DNA of 52,479 nucleotides from Chromera velia (Eukaryota): positions 1-52,479 of the forward strand of contig JAHBMJ010000238.1 of assembly GCA_018398765.1 (NCBI GenBank), read 5' to 3'. The notes below the pieces were generated by a model. That model saw only the letters and a program-made list of their open reading frames with translations. It was not told where the DNA came from and did not search any database. The translations under genes and the position numbers were made by a program. Numbering within the stretch: position 1 is the first letter of the stretch; the number at the start of each line of letters is the position of its first letter. This document shows, in pieces, positions 32,494-51,551 of the stretch.

Positions 32494-35100
32494 GTGGTCA
32501 GAGTGACAGAACAGGAGGAAAGAGACGCAGAGACGAACTTTCTGAAGTGCTCTGGCCTCTCTGATATCAGCTCAGACGAAGAAAGGACCCACAAGGAGAT
32601 GCTGAAGGACAGAAAGAAGATGCCCGAGCAGTCAGCTCTCACGGAAGGTGCCATGGAAAGGCTACTCCATGAAAGCGAGGCTCGAACAGAAGAGAAATTG
32701 GGAGGGAAGATCCAGGGACTGAAAGACAGTATAGAAGAGATGGGGGAGCATCAAAGAAAGATGCAGTAGACGGTGAATGATCACGAAATAAGACTGGGAA
32801 ATTTGGAGAAGGGACAGAAAAGATCGGCCAAGGAGAAGGTGGAAGAGGAGAGGAGAATCTGCTTGCGGGTTGTTCTTGGACTGAAACTGCTCAAGAAAGA
32901 CATCCACATACATGCAAAGAATTTCATCTACACAGCAGCACTCGATCCCAATGGCGCGAGAAAAGATACCCGACTGCAGGCTGCAGCGTTGGCTGAGACG
33001 ATGTTCCAGGCATTCCAGGGGGTGATGTCAATGAACCATCAGTCGTGGGGGTCAATGACGAAGATGGTCTTTAGTGCAGAAACAGTAGCAAGGGATTTCG
33101 ACTCCCTCTTTGATGAACAGAACAACATGCAGCACCCAGAAACAGCAGACCAACTCCGCTGTATGATCCTAAGGACGAAGGAGCAGACAGACGCGGCAAC
33201 AAAAAAGTGGGCAGTGGAAGTGATGGGAGATGCAGCTTCCAGCGACCAGAAGAAAGAAGAGGCGAGGAAGGCCCTTCAGAGACTAGGCATTCCCCTCTCA
33301 GAGCAACCCTAACCGAGAGCCCTAGAGGGAGATGGAGATCTCGTGATGGGGGGAACAGAGAGAGATGGCCAGCAAACAGGAATCCCGAAACCGAGCCCCA
33401 GGATTGAGCAGAAGGGAAAAAAGAGGATGCAGGTGCAGAACGGAAGTGCAGAGCAACAGCAGGCAAACGCCGGGAGGGAGGCCTCCGGTGTTGGCCGTTA
33501 ACGGGGTTGGCAGTTGAAGGAGGAGAAGGGGGGAGGAAGAAAAAGAGAGGTCGGAAGCCGGCCTCCCCCCGGAAGAAGGCTCTCAAGGGAAGACGAGCAA
33601 AAAACGTTGATTGAGGAAGAAAAGAGATCGATAGAAGAGCTTAGAAAGAGAATAGAAAGGGTGATGGAAGCAAAGGAAATGTTGAAGAGAAGGGTGAAGT
33701 TGTTAGAGGCAGAGATGACCGAGTGGACAGTGAGAGACACGATAGAGAGGGTAGAAAAGATGGGGCTCGGGGAAGAACTGAGAAAAATCGAGAGACGGAG
33801 GGCAAAGAGAGAGCATGCCAGGAAGGCTCCATCTGAGTCCGACGTTTTGAGAAGGAACAAGTTTTGGGTGCTGAGTGAGGAAGGGGAGGAGATGGAAGGA
33901 GGCACGCCGAATCATGAGACCACCTGTGGAGCCCCCAACGAGTTGCACACTCTTTCAAAAAAATTGCATAGAAATTTTCACTCTTCCGCTCCGAATAGTC
34001 AAGACTCTTTTTCCTCTGCAAATTGGCTCGGCCGGCCTAAACGCCGGGAGGAGAAGCTTACTGGAGACCCCGAGCTGATGCAAAGGGGAGGGAGCGGGAC
34101 TGCTTCGCGAGGGGCAGTCCCTATACAAGTGTGTCAATTAGACGAGCCTCGGCCACGTTCCTCGCTACCCTCCAACTCTCTTTCATACTCACTGAAAAAA
34201 GATGTAGACCAGTGTGCTCCCCCCCCCTTGTGCCCTCCTTTGCGTGCAGAGCGATGTGAAGGCGAGTGCACAGAGAAGGACGGGGCAACTCCGAACAGAG
34301 AAAGGACCAATCCACCCACAGGGGAGACGGAGAGAAACCAAGTGAGAAAAGGTGGAGGATTTTTGTTGGGAAGAAGGACAGGAGGGAAGGAGAGTCCAGG
34401 GGAGGACAAAGAAGAAAAAAGCGATTTCGTTCCCTTTCAGTTAGACCTCTGGGATGTAGATTGTGGCCTTGCCAGAGAAAAAGAACCAGAAAACACCCTC
34501 GAGCATCCCAGATGTTTCTGCAGTATACATCCATTCTCAATCAACACACCTAAGCAAGACGGATCCCGGTTTGGCTTCTCTTTCTCCTCAGAAATCGAAG
34601 GCTCATCAGAGAAGGAGAATAGTTTAATTCACAAAGACGAACAAATATGTGCCAACATGTGTTCATGTGTATGTTTTTCTCTTTCTTGTTCCGTTTGAGC
34701 TTCTTTGCCTCGTTGTCCCCCACCAGGTCCGTCTCTTTACAGTTTCTGAATCACTACTTCTTCTGCGTCTTCCTCTTGTTTTTCTTTTTCCTCTGAGTCT
34801 CTTAGTTTTTGTTCTTCTTTCCCTGACACTGGCAGGGGAAAGAAAGAGGGCGGGAAAGAACAGGGAGGGAGGGGTGGGAAGAGGCCAGACCGCCGGGAGA
34901 TTTCTTCTTCTTCTTCTTCTTCCTCCTCCTCCTCCTCTTTTTCTCCTCCTCGTATTCCCTCTTCTTCTTTTTCTTCTTCTTCTTCTTCTTCTTCTTCTTC
35001 TGTTGCTTCTTCTTCTTCTTCGTCTTCTTCTTCTTCTTCTTCTTCTTCTTCGTCTTCATCTTCGTCTTCGTCTTCGTCTTCGTTTTTGTCTTCTTCTTCT

Positions 35101-35131
<31 letters not shown>

Positions 35132-35236
35132 TGTCTTCCTCTTCTTCCTTTTCTTTTTTGTCTTCCTCTGTGACAAACAGGAAGAGCAAACAAAACAAGA
35201 AAGACAAAGGAGTAGAGATGTGGGCTCTGAACGTAA
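32494..35236 (+). pseudogene. LINE N-terminal (ORF1-like) coding region: coiled coils, low-complexity region, poly-Ser tract
   Basis: ORFs 32494-32769, 32773-33312 and 33514-34698 share one frame. It continues past TGA 34696 and TGA 34747 and a TCN run (34903-35169) to GVEMWALNVR at ~35236. Confidence 0.65.
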
Positions 35237-38200
35237 GGGAAGAACGGAGAATTTGATGCAAAGCCCGCTTTTCGCAGAAGAAACGAAAGGAGCCGACATC
35301 CTCTTTATGAATGAAACTAGAACAGAGAGGACAGTGTGCGGTGTGAATGGAGGAAGACTGCAAAGAACGAATTTCCCGTTAGTAAGGGAGGGAAGAGAAG
35401 TGACAACGACAGGGGAGGTGATGGTATTGATGAGTAGAAAGGCAAGAGAGCTGGGCTTGACGACAGAAAGAGCAACGGAGATAGCGGTATTTGCAGAAGC
35501 ACCAGGCTTTCCGCTCTTCGTTGGCTTGTATGACCCCCATGAAGAGTCGAACTACGCAGATGAGACATACCTCAACAATTTGGCAGAGAGAACCGAAGAG
35601 AAAAGAGCAGAGAGAGAAAGAAAAGGAGAGAGCAGATTCTCAGAGGTCTGCGTGATGGGGGACTTCAACGCCCGCACTGGAAAGAAAACTCCTCTGATAG
35701 TCTGGACAGGGAAGGGAGGGGGAGAAGGGGAAGAGTAGGCACAAACAGGCGGGAGAGAGGAAGTTTTCAGACCAGAGAGGGAGTCTGAAGACGAGACGGA
35801 GAACACGAAGGGAAGGGCTCTTATTCGTTTTTGTGAGATGGTGGGCATTGTTCCTCTGAATGGACTGAGGCGGTGTACGGTCGAAGAGGGGGGGGAGAAG
35901 GTAGCTTTCAACTTCGATGGATCGTTTACCTTCAACAGGGGGGGAGACAGAGGGAGGTCCCTGATCGACTATGCATGCATGTCTCCTATGTCTCTGCCAT
36001 CTGTTCTTCTTTTTTCTGTATTTTATGTGTGCTCAGCTCAGTCAGACCATTCAGCTCTTAGATTAGTCCTAAGGGAGGAAGAAAGAGAGAATGAGAGCGG
36101 TGAGGGAAGAGGAAACGAGGAAGAGAACGAAGCCAACCAAGAACAGAACAAAAAGAAAAGAAGAAAAGATAGGTGAAGAAAGACAAAAAAGAGGAAAAAG
36201 AGAAAGAAAAACGAGAAAAGAGAAGATTAAATCAAGCTAAGATAGAAGGGAACGCTCACAAAGGAAGGAGAAGAGAGGTATCTCCAAGAGCTTCAGAAAA
36301 GAGTGAAGGAGGAAAAAGTGAGTGAGGTCTTTCAGAAAGCAATGGATATAGAAGAGGGAGAAGAAATAAAGAAAGACTTGCTCGACGAAGGATACTAGAA
36401 TTTCTAACACATCAGAGAGAAAACCTTCATGTGGGCAATAAGGAAGGAGAAGAAAGAAGAAAGAAAAAGGGAGAGGAAAGAAGAGCCAGCAGAAGCGCTG
36501 AGAGGGGAAGGAAGAAAGCAAATAAGAAAACTCAGAAGAATAGAGAGAAAAGTGAGAGAGGAAATCAGAGGCCTGAAAGCAGAAAGAGAGCAGAGGGATG
36601 AACGAGAAAACGAGAGCAGCACCTCAGCTCAGGAAAGAAAAAGATTGAGACAGGCATATGAGGAGAGAAGAAAACAGTTAGTCATGATAGAGAGAGCACT
36701 GAGAAACGTGGTGACGAGAGAGCAACGGAAGGCAGAAAAGAGAAAGGTGGAGAACATAAGAGCCAAAATAAATGAAGGAGGCTGCTGGAAGGTGTGGAGG
36801 AGACTCAGTGAGGAAGATAGGAGGGCAGCACCAAGAAAAACAAAAGACAACATGACGACCCAGCGGGTAGCAGAAGGTTTCAAACAAACGTACAAGCTGC
36901 CAAAGGAAGAGAAAGAAGAGAGAAAGAGGGAACAAGAAAGAAAAACGATAGTGAATAGAGCGATTAAGGAGAAAGGATGGCACATAGCAGAGGAAAAGGA
37001 GGTAAGGAAGGCAATGAAAAGAGTAGACAACCTCAGAAAGGCCGCTGGGAAGGATGGAATGCCCCCAGGAATGCTGAAAACGATGGAAAAATCGACTGAG
37101 CTGGTATCTTTGTATGTTTTGTTAATTAATGTTGCATATCGTTTTGGTTGGTGGCCGAAAGGGTGGAATGACTTGCCGGTGACGGCCCTTCCAAAACCGG
37201 GTAAGTCACTTGCATTAATTGAGGGATAGAGGGGAGTGCACCTGGTGGTAGCAGATGCAAAATGGGGGGACATGATCATGAGAACAAAGGTAGAAAAGGA
37301 AGCCAGACAGACGCCATGGCAGTTCGTATACAAAAGAAAGACAGGCACATGCGATACAATTTTTCTTTTGCTGTTCGTTATTGCTCGAATGGAAGTGCTC
37401 AGTATTGCTTTTGTTGACTTCACACGGGCTTTCGACGAAGTAAGGCTGGAAAAATTAAAAGAGAAATTGAGAAAGGCAGGGGTGGAGGAAGGTCTGATCA
37501 GATGGGTTGAGGCCTCTCTAGAAAAAGTGAGGGCACGGGTGAAGGGAACGAGCATGTGGTACCCAGAAGACAAAGGACTTAAGCAAAGAGGCCCGAGCGG
37601 CCCTTCCCTTTACTCTGTATACACACATGACTTGCCAGAAGAAGTAGAAAAGAGGAGAGGACAGAGACGACAGACCGACAGACAGAGGCTAAAGGTGCCG
37701 GCAAGAGAAAACGGGAGGTAGGTCGATTTCCTTATCCCTCTGTTTGCAGATGACACAACACTCCTCGAATCCTCAGATAAACAGTTGAACCTTCTTCTTT
37801 CGAACCTTGTAGCCTTTGCAGAACCTCTCCGTCTTCTATTCTCTGACAAGTCGAGATTGGTCCGGTTTGGCCGCATCGCATCAAGAGAAAAAGACTCGGA
37901 AGAAGTTAGACTGGGGGAGATAGTGATGAAAGAAGCAAGAGAGCAACCCTACCTGGGACTTGTCCTATCCGCCGACTGCAACCTAGAAACCATGATGGAA
38001 GCGCAGTCAATCAAAGCAGAGAGATGCATGCAGGGACTGTTGGGGAAGATAGGAAGGGAGGGAGGGATTCCACCCGCTGATTGCTTCAATATATTTAAAC
38101 AGACAGTGCACGCCGTATGGTTGTATGGATGCGAAATCCATGTATGCCCAGATAGCGCGTATGCAGAATTCGACGAGAAGCAAAGGAGATTTATCAGGTT

Positions 38201-39623
38201 TGTTTTGCGTTTGAGAAAGAAAGAGAATTGTGACATGCTGATGATGGAAGGAAGTTTCATTCCAATCGATCTTGAAGTGGCTTCCAGAACGATCCGGTGG
38301 GCAGGGAAGGCTTTAAAGGAGAGAAGAAACGAAGCGGTAGGGCAGGCAATCCTCATATGCCTGAGAGAGGGGGTAGAGAACGAAATGGGGGGGGGGAGAA
38401 GAATGCATCCTTTTCATCTTTTCCCTCATCTGAAGCAATGTGCACAGGCACTCTACACAGACAGAGGAATGCACCCTTTTGCAAGAGAAAGACTAAAAGG
38501 AAGCGTAGGGCAGAGAGGAAGATAGGTAGTCAACGAGAGAGTAGACGGGATAGAGAGATAGCTGCTGAAGAGAACAAAAAATGAGCTAGACGAGAAGAAG
38601 AGAGAGGCGTTTGCACATAGAATAGAAAGAAACATAAGAGAGAAGAGCAGTCAGGAGAAGGCAGAACTGACAGGAGTGATGATGGCTGACGTGCACAGAA
38701 AGGTCTCAAATGGAAACCGTCTCCACCTTTCTTTGTTTGAAGACAGAGCAGGTAGAAAGGTTAGCTCGACAATGAAAATAGATAGAGAAAGAATAGGAAG
38801 AGCCCCTTTTTGCTATACGAGAGTGGCGCCGCGATCAGAACACAGGAGGAGAGCAGCATGCAGGGTGGGAGACAGGGCTGTGGCTGCGACTCAGGGAAAA
38901 ATTCTGGTAAGGGGGGGAGAGAAGGTGCCGTTACAGAAAAGGATGTGCCAGTTCTGTCGAGGGTGGTTGGGAATCGAGGTGGTGGAAGATAAAATCCATC
39001 TGGTGACAGAATGTCCTGTTTTTTACAGAGAGAGAGCAGAGATGTTCAAAAAGATAGAAGAGAAATGGGACAGCAAGATGGAAAAAAGAGCCAGAAAGGC
39101 AGCCACAGAAAGAGAAGGGCTCAATAGAGAAGAAGGAAAAAGGGACAACTCGACGCTTTTCTGTTTTCTGTTGAATGAATGTCATGTTGGAATGGATAAG
39201 TTTTTGGGATGGGCGTCATTCAGACGGAGGGTGTTTGAGGAGTGTCCAGGATGGTACGGACACATAGAGGGAAACGCTCTGGCAGCCAGATATACAGGAA
39301 TCACTGGAAGGCAGCGGGCGATCGAGAGACTAACAAAAGAATATGAGGAGACAATTGATAACTTAGAGATGACCGAAGGAGCGTTAGGGTGGGGAAGGAG
39401 GGAGCCACAGAAGAAGATTGATAAAGCAAACAAAAAGAGCGAGGAAGCCCAAATCACATGCCGTTTCAGATCAATTTTTAGGCCGGAAAGCCAACGCGGA
39501 TCCAGAGCCGTGGCTCGAATAACGAACAATCATGCAGCAGCGGCCAGGGCAACAGACTCTGGTGGGCCCCGAGGGCGGGGTCTGATACCTCAGCTTAGGC
39601 TGGGGAACGTCCCGCCCTGCTAG
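35218..39623 (+). pseudogene. LINE APE-RT-CCHC polyprotein, broken by 10 in-frame stops and one 1-nt frameshift
   Basis: ORFs starting at 35220, 35838, 36429, 37236, 37785 and 38676 are all in one frame. Stops at 35736, 36174, 36228, 36243, 36396, 36405, 37227, 37719, 38523 and 38559. Natural stop at 39621-39623. Confidence 0.9.
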
Positions 39624-40224
39624 CTCTGGCGACAGATAGACATAGCGGGAAGGCCCTAGGGCGGAACATATCAATCAATCAATCAAAATCACACCATATC
39701 GTCATGGGCTTGTATAAGCTGTCCAGCGTTCGGCGTCAGAGAAACTGTTGTTTTTTCTTCTAGCAAAAGTTAGTAATGAGACGAACAAACAGAGAGTCAT
39801 AATTATTAATTACTAGCATAATTACTTTCATTTGTTTTTAAACTGCTCAACTTCTGGGCTTGCCAAGCGGCCCCGCTTACACACTTTCGTATGAGAGTCG
39901 TTGGACCCTTTCCATAGTACTAAAGGCTAGACTAAAGGATCGATCTGAGTAATAGTTTTAATCAAAGCTGTACCTAAAATCAAAATCGTGCCATTGCCAG
40001 TGAATGATACACCACTAACGTAGCCACTAACATGACACTCACGACATCTGGGACAAACAAGTTCCTGCATGAGTTTCCCTAGAATTGACTTTCTTTTTGT
40101 CAGCCGCAAACCGAACCACAGGAGGCCAAAACAATCTGTAAGTTTGAAAACAGTCTATGGGTACAATGATCATGAATGATGTTAACGCATCTGTATGTCA
40201 CGTGGCAGTTTCATCGATCGTTAC

Positions 40225-47541
<7,317 letters not shown>

Positions 47542-48199
47542 GGCTAGCTGCTCTCCCGTCTCTTCCCTTGCAGTGCACGCAGCTTGCTGACTCAATGGGA
47601 CTTCATTCCATAACACTCGCTACAGAGCCAAGGTCAATCAACGCTCTTCCCTTGGTGTTAGATGTTTTCCTTGGAAGTCTCACGTCGTTTCCTCATGCCG
47701 CCTTTAATTGTCGGGGATCAGAGTCATCAGACACGAGGAGACGGGACGCATGCATGGAGACGGAAAAATATAAACAACATGTCTAGCACTGACATCGGCA
47801 TGCAATCTGAGAATTCTCAGACAATGCATGCATGGAGATCGTCGGAGCTAGCCAAAAATATAATACCGCGTCGGTCACCATCATCATGCACCGCGTGCCG
47901 CGATACCCCGCCGTCATCTCGCCGTCTATCGCCATCTACATACGACACACTCAATGCCGGTACATGTGTATCTCACAAGAGGAAGAAGCTATTAAAGAGT
48001 ATAAAGAGTATGAAGAATCCGGCAAAGTCTGTCAGACAAAGCACTGCCATATGTAGCGCAGACTGAAGACTCCTCCCAAAGAATCAGCGGGCAGACGACA
48101 GCATCGTCACGTGTCTCCCTCCAGCTATGTGCATGCGCACCTAGAACAACACCTAGAACAACCTCCGTCAACCTTTCCTTTGCGCCGCACAGCTCACAA

Positions 48200-48853
48200 A
48201 TGAAACCAACCAGCCGCACCCGCAGCAGCTCCCGGAGCAAGCCACCCAGTAGTCTGCAGACTTCCAGCAGCAAAGGAAAGGGCAAAGCGGACAAAAAGAA
48301 GCAGGATGAGCCTCCACCCCCCGCTGTTGTTGTGTGGTTCATGTACCTTGTCCTCGGAGGGGGTGTCTCCTTCTGCGCATCGAATTTCTGCGGCCGTCAA
48401 CCGGGTACTCTGTCCGTCGACGCGAAGGAATTTGCGCTTCCAGCCTGCGCCCTGGCGATTGCACTCCTCTGCTACAGCATTTACGATGTGATGGGGGTGG
48501 GGCACGCAAAGTTCGCGGCAGGGTACTACGATAAGTTCCTGCACAAAAACCCTGCCTCCTGGCCCGAAGAACTGAAGCTGGCCTGGAGGACGCAGGGAAA
48601 CCAGGTTGAGCAGCTGGTTTCCTTCGGGCCCACGCTTCTGATGCATTCTGTGCTCGTCAGTGGCTACACAGCGGGTCTTCTCGGGTGGGTCTGGACGGTG
48701 AGCAGGATCTGCTATGGGTTCCGATACAGAGCGTCAGCGGGTGTGGATTTTGTTGAAAAGAGCCTGATCACGTTCACGCTGCCCGCGTATTTCGCTCTGG
48801 GAGCGATGAATGTTGCGACAGTCTTCCACTGCATTCGCATGTTCCTCTCCTGA
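48200..48853 (+). CDS. MAPEG-family membrane protein (microsomal glutathione S-transferase-like), intronless
   Basis: 217-aa ORF with TM helices and the MAPEG-type core WRTQGNQVEQLVSF...GLLGWVWTVSRICYGFRYR. Confidence 0.85.
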   Translation: MKPTSRTRSSSRSKPPSSLQTSSSKGKGKADKKKQDEPPPPAVVVWFMYLVLGGGVSFCASNFCGRQPGTLSVDAKEFALPACALAIALLCYSIYDVMGVGHAKFAAGYYDKFLHKNPASWPEELKLAWRTQGNQVEQLVSFGPTLLMHSVLVSGYTAGLLGWVWTVSRICYGFRYRASAGVDFVEKSLITFTLPAYFALGAMNVATVFHCIRMFLS

Positions 48854-49258
48854 TTGAAGCAGTTGAAGATGAGTTTGGGAGCGGAAGCTGGACTCTGCTA
48901 TTGGAATACGTCAACATACAGAAGCGGAAAGGATTCGAGAAAGCACCCGATGTTTCTCAAGGGTGACGCCGTCTTCTCAGTTTTTTTGTTCCCGGCAGAA
49001 CAGAATGACGAAGTGAACGTTCACTCATAGAGACGATAAAAGAATAGACAAGAGGCTAAGTTCAGTTTGAATCATTGAAGTGGGAACGTTCCAACTGGAG
49101 ACACGCAAGGTGACCGTCCCGAATGAATCATTGCGTCTCTGGAGGTGTCGCCGCATGTCTCACACTGCATGTCGTTCTGTTTGTTTGTTTGTTCTTTTTG
49201 TTTGTTTGTTTGTTTGTTTGATTGTTTGTTTGTTTGTCTTGCTGTTTGTTTGTCTTGC

Positions 49259-49294
<36 letters not shown>

Positions 49295-49310
49295 CCACCA
49301 GCACCGTCGC

Positions 49311-49770
49311 TCTTTCGGTATGGGACTTTGAGAGTTTCGTTACCGCCGAAAGAGTCCTCCCGCAAGATACGAAGACACAGCATCAGAAGAATCCCCCTCC
49401 GCAGGAGCACCCCCCCACCCCCCCACCCCTGTCTAAAGACCATGACGGTGCCGGTCCCCGCGTGCAGTTCTGTTTCTTTTTTCTTTTTTTTGTTTTTTGT
49501 TTTTTGAACTTTTTTGTCTTCTCTTCTTTTCTTCTCTTTGTTATCTTGAGTGGAAGCAGCAGAGGAGTAGCGTGTGAAACCAGTGATCACGTGAAAGTCT
49601 GTCGGGAGGTGGAGAGGCAAGGGGCGCTTAACTCTCACCTTTCGGGCCCCCTGCCCACGCTGTTTGATTGTTGGTGCTGTTCTTTTGTCTTTGTTCTTTC
49701 TTTCTTTCTTTCTTTCTTTTTGTCTGTGGTGTTCATGAAGAAAAAGAGGGAGAAGAAGAAGAAACATATA

Positions 49771-49813
<43 letters not shown>

Positions 49814-50075
49814 CGAAAGAAAGGAAGCGATTCGGAAAAAGTGAAGTGAAGAAAAGACGATATAGTCTGTCAAGGCGGAGTAGCTGATCCTCTCCCTTTG
49901 GAGAGTGCATCGGAATGCTTCGGAGACCTCAACAAAGGGTGCGAGTTCAACCTATGGCCAATATGATGGCAACGACGTGTGACGAAATCCTCCTGGTTAT
50001 TTTCGAATAGCCTGTTATCTTCTCTCGTTTCCTCAAAGGAGGCATTTCCTTGCAGGTCCTTATACCTGTGAGCAG

Positions 50076-50113
<38 letters not shown>

Positions 50114-50129
50114 TCATCCACACACAACA

Positions 50130-50167
<38 letters not shown>

Positions 50168-50630
50168 CACACACGCACACACACACACCACACACACACA
50201 CACACACAGAGGCACATACATACATACATACATACATATACGCACACGCATTCTTTCCATCTGGACGGGCGGTCAAAAGAAGAGATCCAACAAATAGAGA
50301 GGGATTCTGCTCATTTGACTGCCGAGTCGAAAAAGGGAACCCCAGAAGAAGAAATCAAAAGATAAAGGGAACCCCAGAAGAAGAGAGTGGCGAAGGCTGA
50401 AAACAAACTCCTTGTGAAGGTCCCTATGCGAAAGGAAATGAAAAGAAACGAACTCGTTCAGATGGAAAGAATGTGGAAGTGCAAGAGGGCAACCCTGCAC
50501 TGGGCAGTGAAGGGCCGCAGGGTACGACTCAAGGCCTGGAGCTCTGGTACCCTTCCACTGAGAGCGCGCCAAAAGAAAAGAAAAGAAGAAAACAGAAGAG
50601 AATGAAAGGAAGGCTCTGTTTGTTCGTCTG

Positions 50631-50667
<37 letters not shown>

Positions 50668-50867
50668 GGTCTGCTTGTTTGTGTGTCTGTTTGTCTGTCT
50701 GTCCGTCTGTCTGTCTGTCTGCCTGTCTGTCCGAAAGAAAGGAAGCGTTTCGGAAAAAGTGAAGTGAAGAAAAGACGATATAGTCTGTCTGTCTGTCTGT
50801 CTGTTTTGTCTGTTGTGTTCACGAAGAAAAGGAGGAAGATGAAGAAGAAACATATAGTCTGTGTGTG

Positions 50868-50908
<41 letters not shown>

Positions 50909-51516
50909 GGCATGAAGAAAAAGAGGGAGAAGAAGAAGAAATATATAGTCTGTCTTTCGGTATGGGACTTTGAGAGTTTCGTGACCACCGAAAGAGTCCT
51001 TCCGCAAGATACGAAGACACAGTATCAGAAGAATCCCCCTCCGCAGGGACGCCCCCCCACCCCCCCACCCCTGTCTAAAGACCATGACGGTGCCGGTCCC
51101 CACGTGCAGTTTTCCTTTCTTTCTTTTTGTCTTTTTTCTTGTTTTTATTTTCTATTTTTTGAATTTTCGTGTCTTGTCTTGTCTTCTTTTCTTCTCTTTC
51201 TTGTCTTGAGTGGAAGCAGCAGAGGAGTAGCGTGTGAAACCAGTGATCACGTGAAAGTCTGTCGGGAGGTTAAGTGGCAGGGGGCGCTTAACTCTCACCT
51301 TTCGGGCCCCCCTGCCCACTTTGTCTGAGTTGTCTTGATGTTTGTTTGTCTTTGTTGCTTTCTGTCTTTTTGTGTGTTGTGTGCATAAAGAAGAGGAGGG
51401 AAAGAAACCATACAGTCTGTCTGCGAAAGAGAAAAAGGAAAAGAAAATACGAAATAATCTGTCTGTTGTGTAAATTAAGAAGAGGAGGGAAAGGAACCAT
51501 ATAGTCTGTCTGTCTA

Positions 51517-51551
<35 letters not shown>

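Larger units (their letters stand above)
32331..39686 (+). mobile_element. Near full-length non-LTR retrotransposon (LINE): ORF1-like coiled-coil region, APE endonuclease, RT, CCHC, (TCAA)n tail; inactivated
   Basis: Abrupt switch from AT-rich to purine-rich coding sequence at ~32331. APE motifs: WALNVR, ADILFMNET, GLYDP, CVMGDFNAR, NTKGRALIRFC, SLIDY, SDH. RT motifs: KAAGKDG, LPKPGK, AFVDFTRAFD, GLKQRGP, LFADDT, PYLG, WLYGCE. Zinc knuckle CQFC...EDKIHLVTEC. Tail TCAATCAATCAATCAA at 39671-39686. No TSD found. Confidence 0.93.

Noticed and set aside
34649..35363. Poly-Leu (+), poly-Glu (-) and poly-Lys (-) ORFs
   Set aside because: Alternative frames of the same (TCT)n tract. Only the poly-Ser frame connects to LINE motifs.
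36629..37573. 314-aa antisense ORF
   Set aside because: Shadow of the purine-rich LINE coding strand, with no independent motif.
32331..39623. Stop-codon reassignment as the reason for the in-frame stops
   Set aside because: All three stop types occur in the LINE, and neighbouring host genes end at TAA and TGA with no internal stops seen. Mutation is the simpler explanation.
31918..40002. CACTG-type TIR pair (CACTGGCAAT / ATTGCCAGTG) enclosing the large LINE
   Set aside because: Only a 10-bp match with no TSD, so it could be chance.
49425..49470. Twister-ribozyme-like TAA...GCCGGTCCC
   Set aside because: The downstream pairing partners required by the twister fold are absent.
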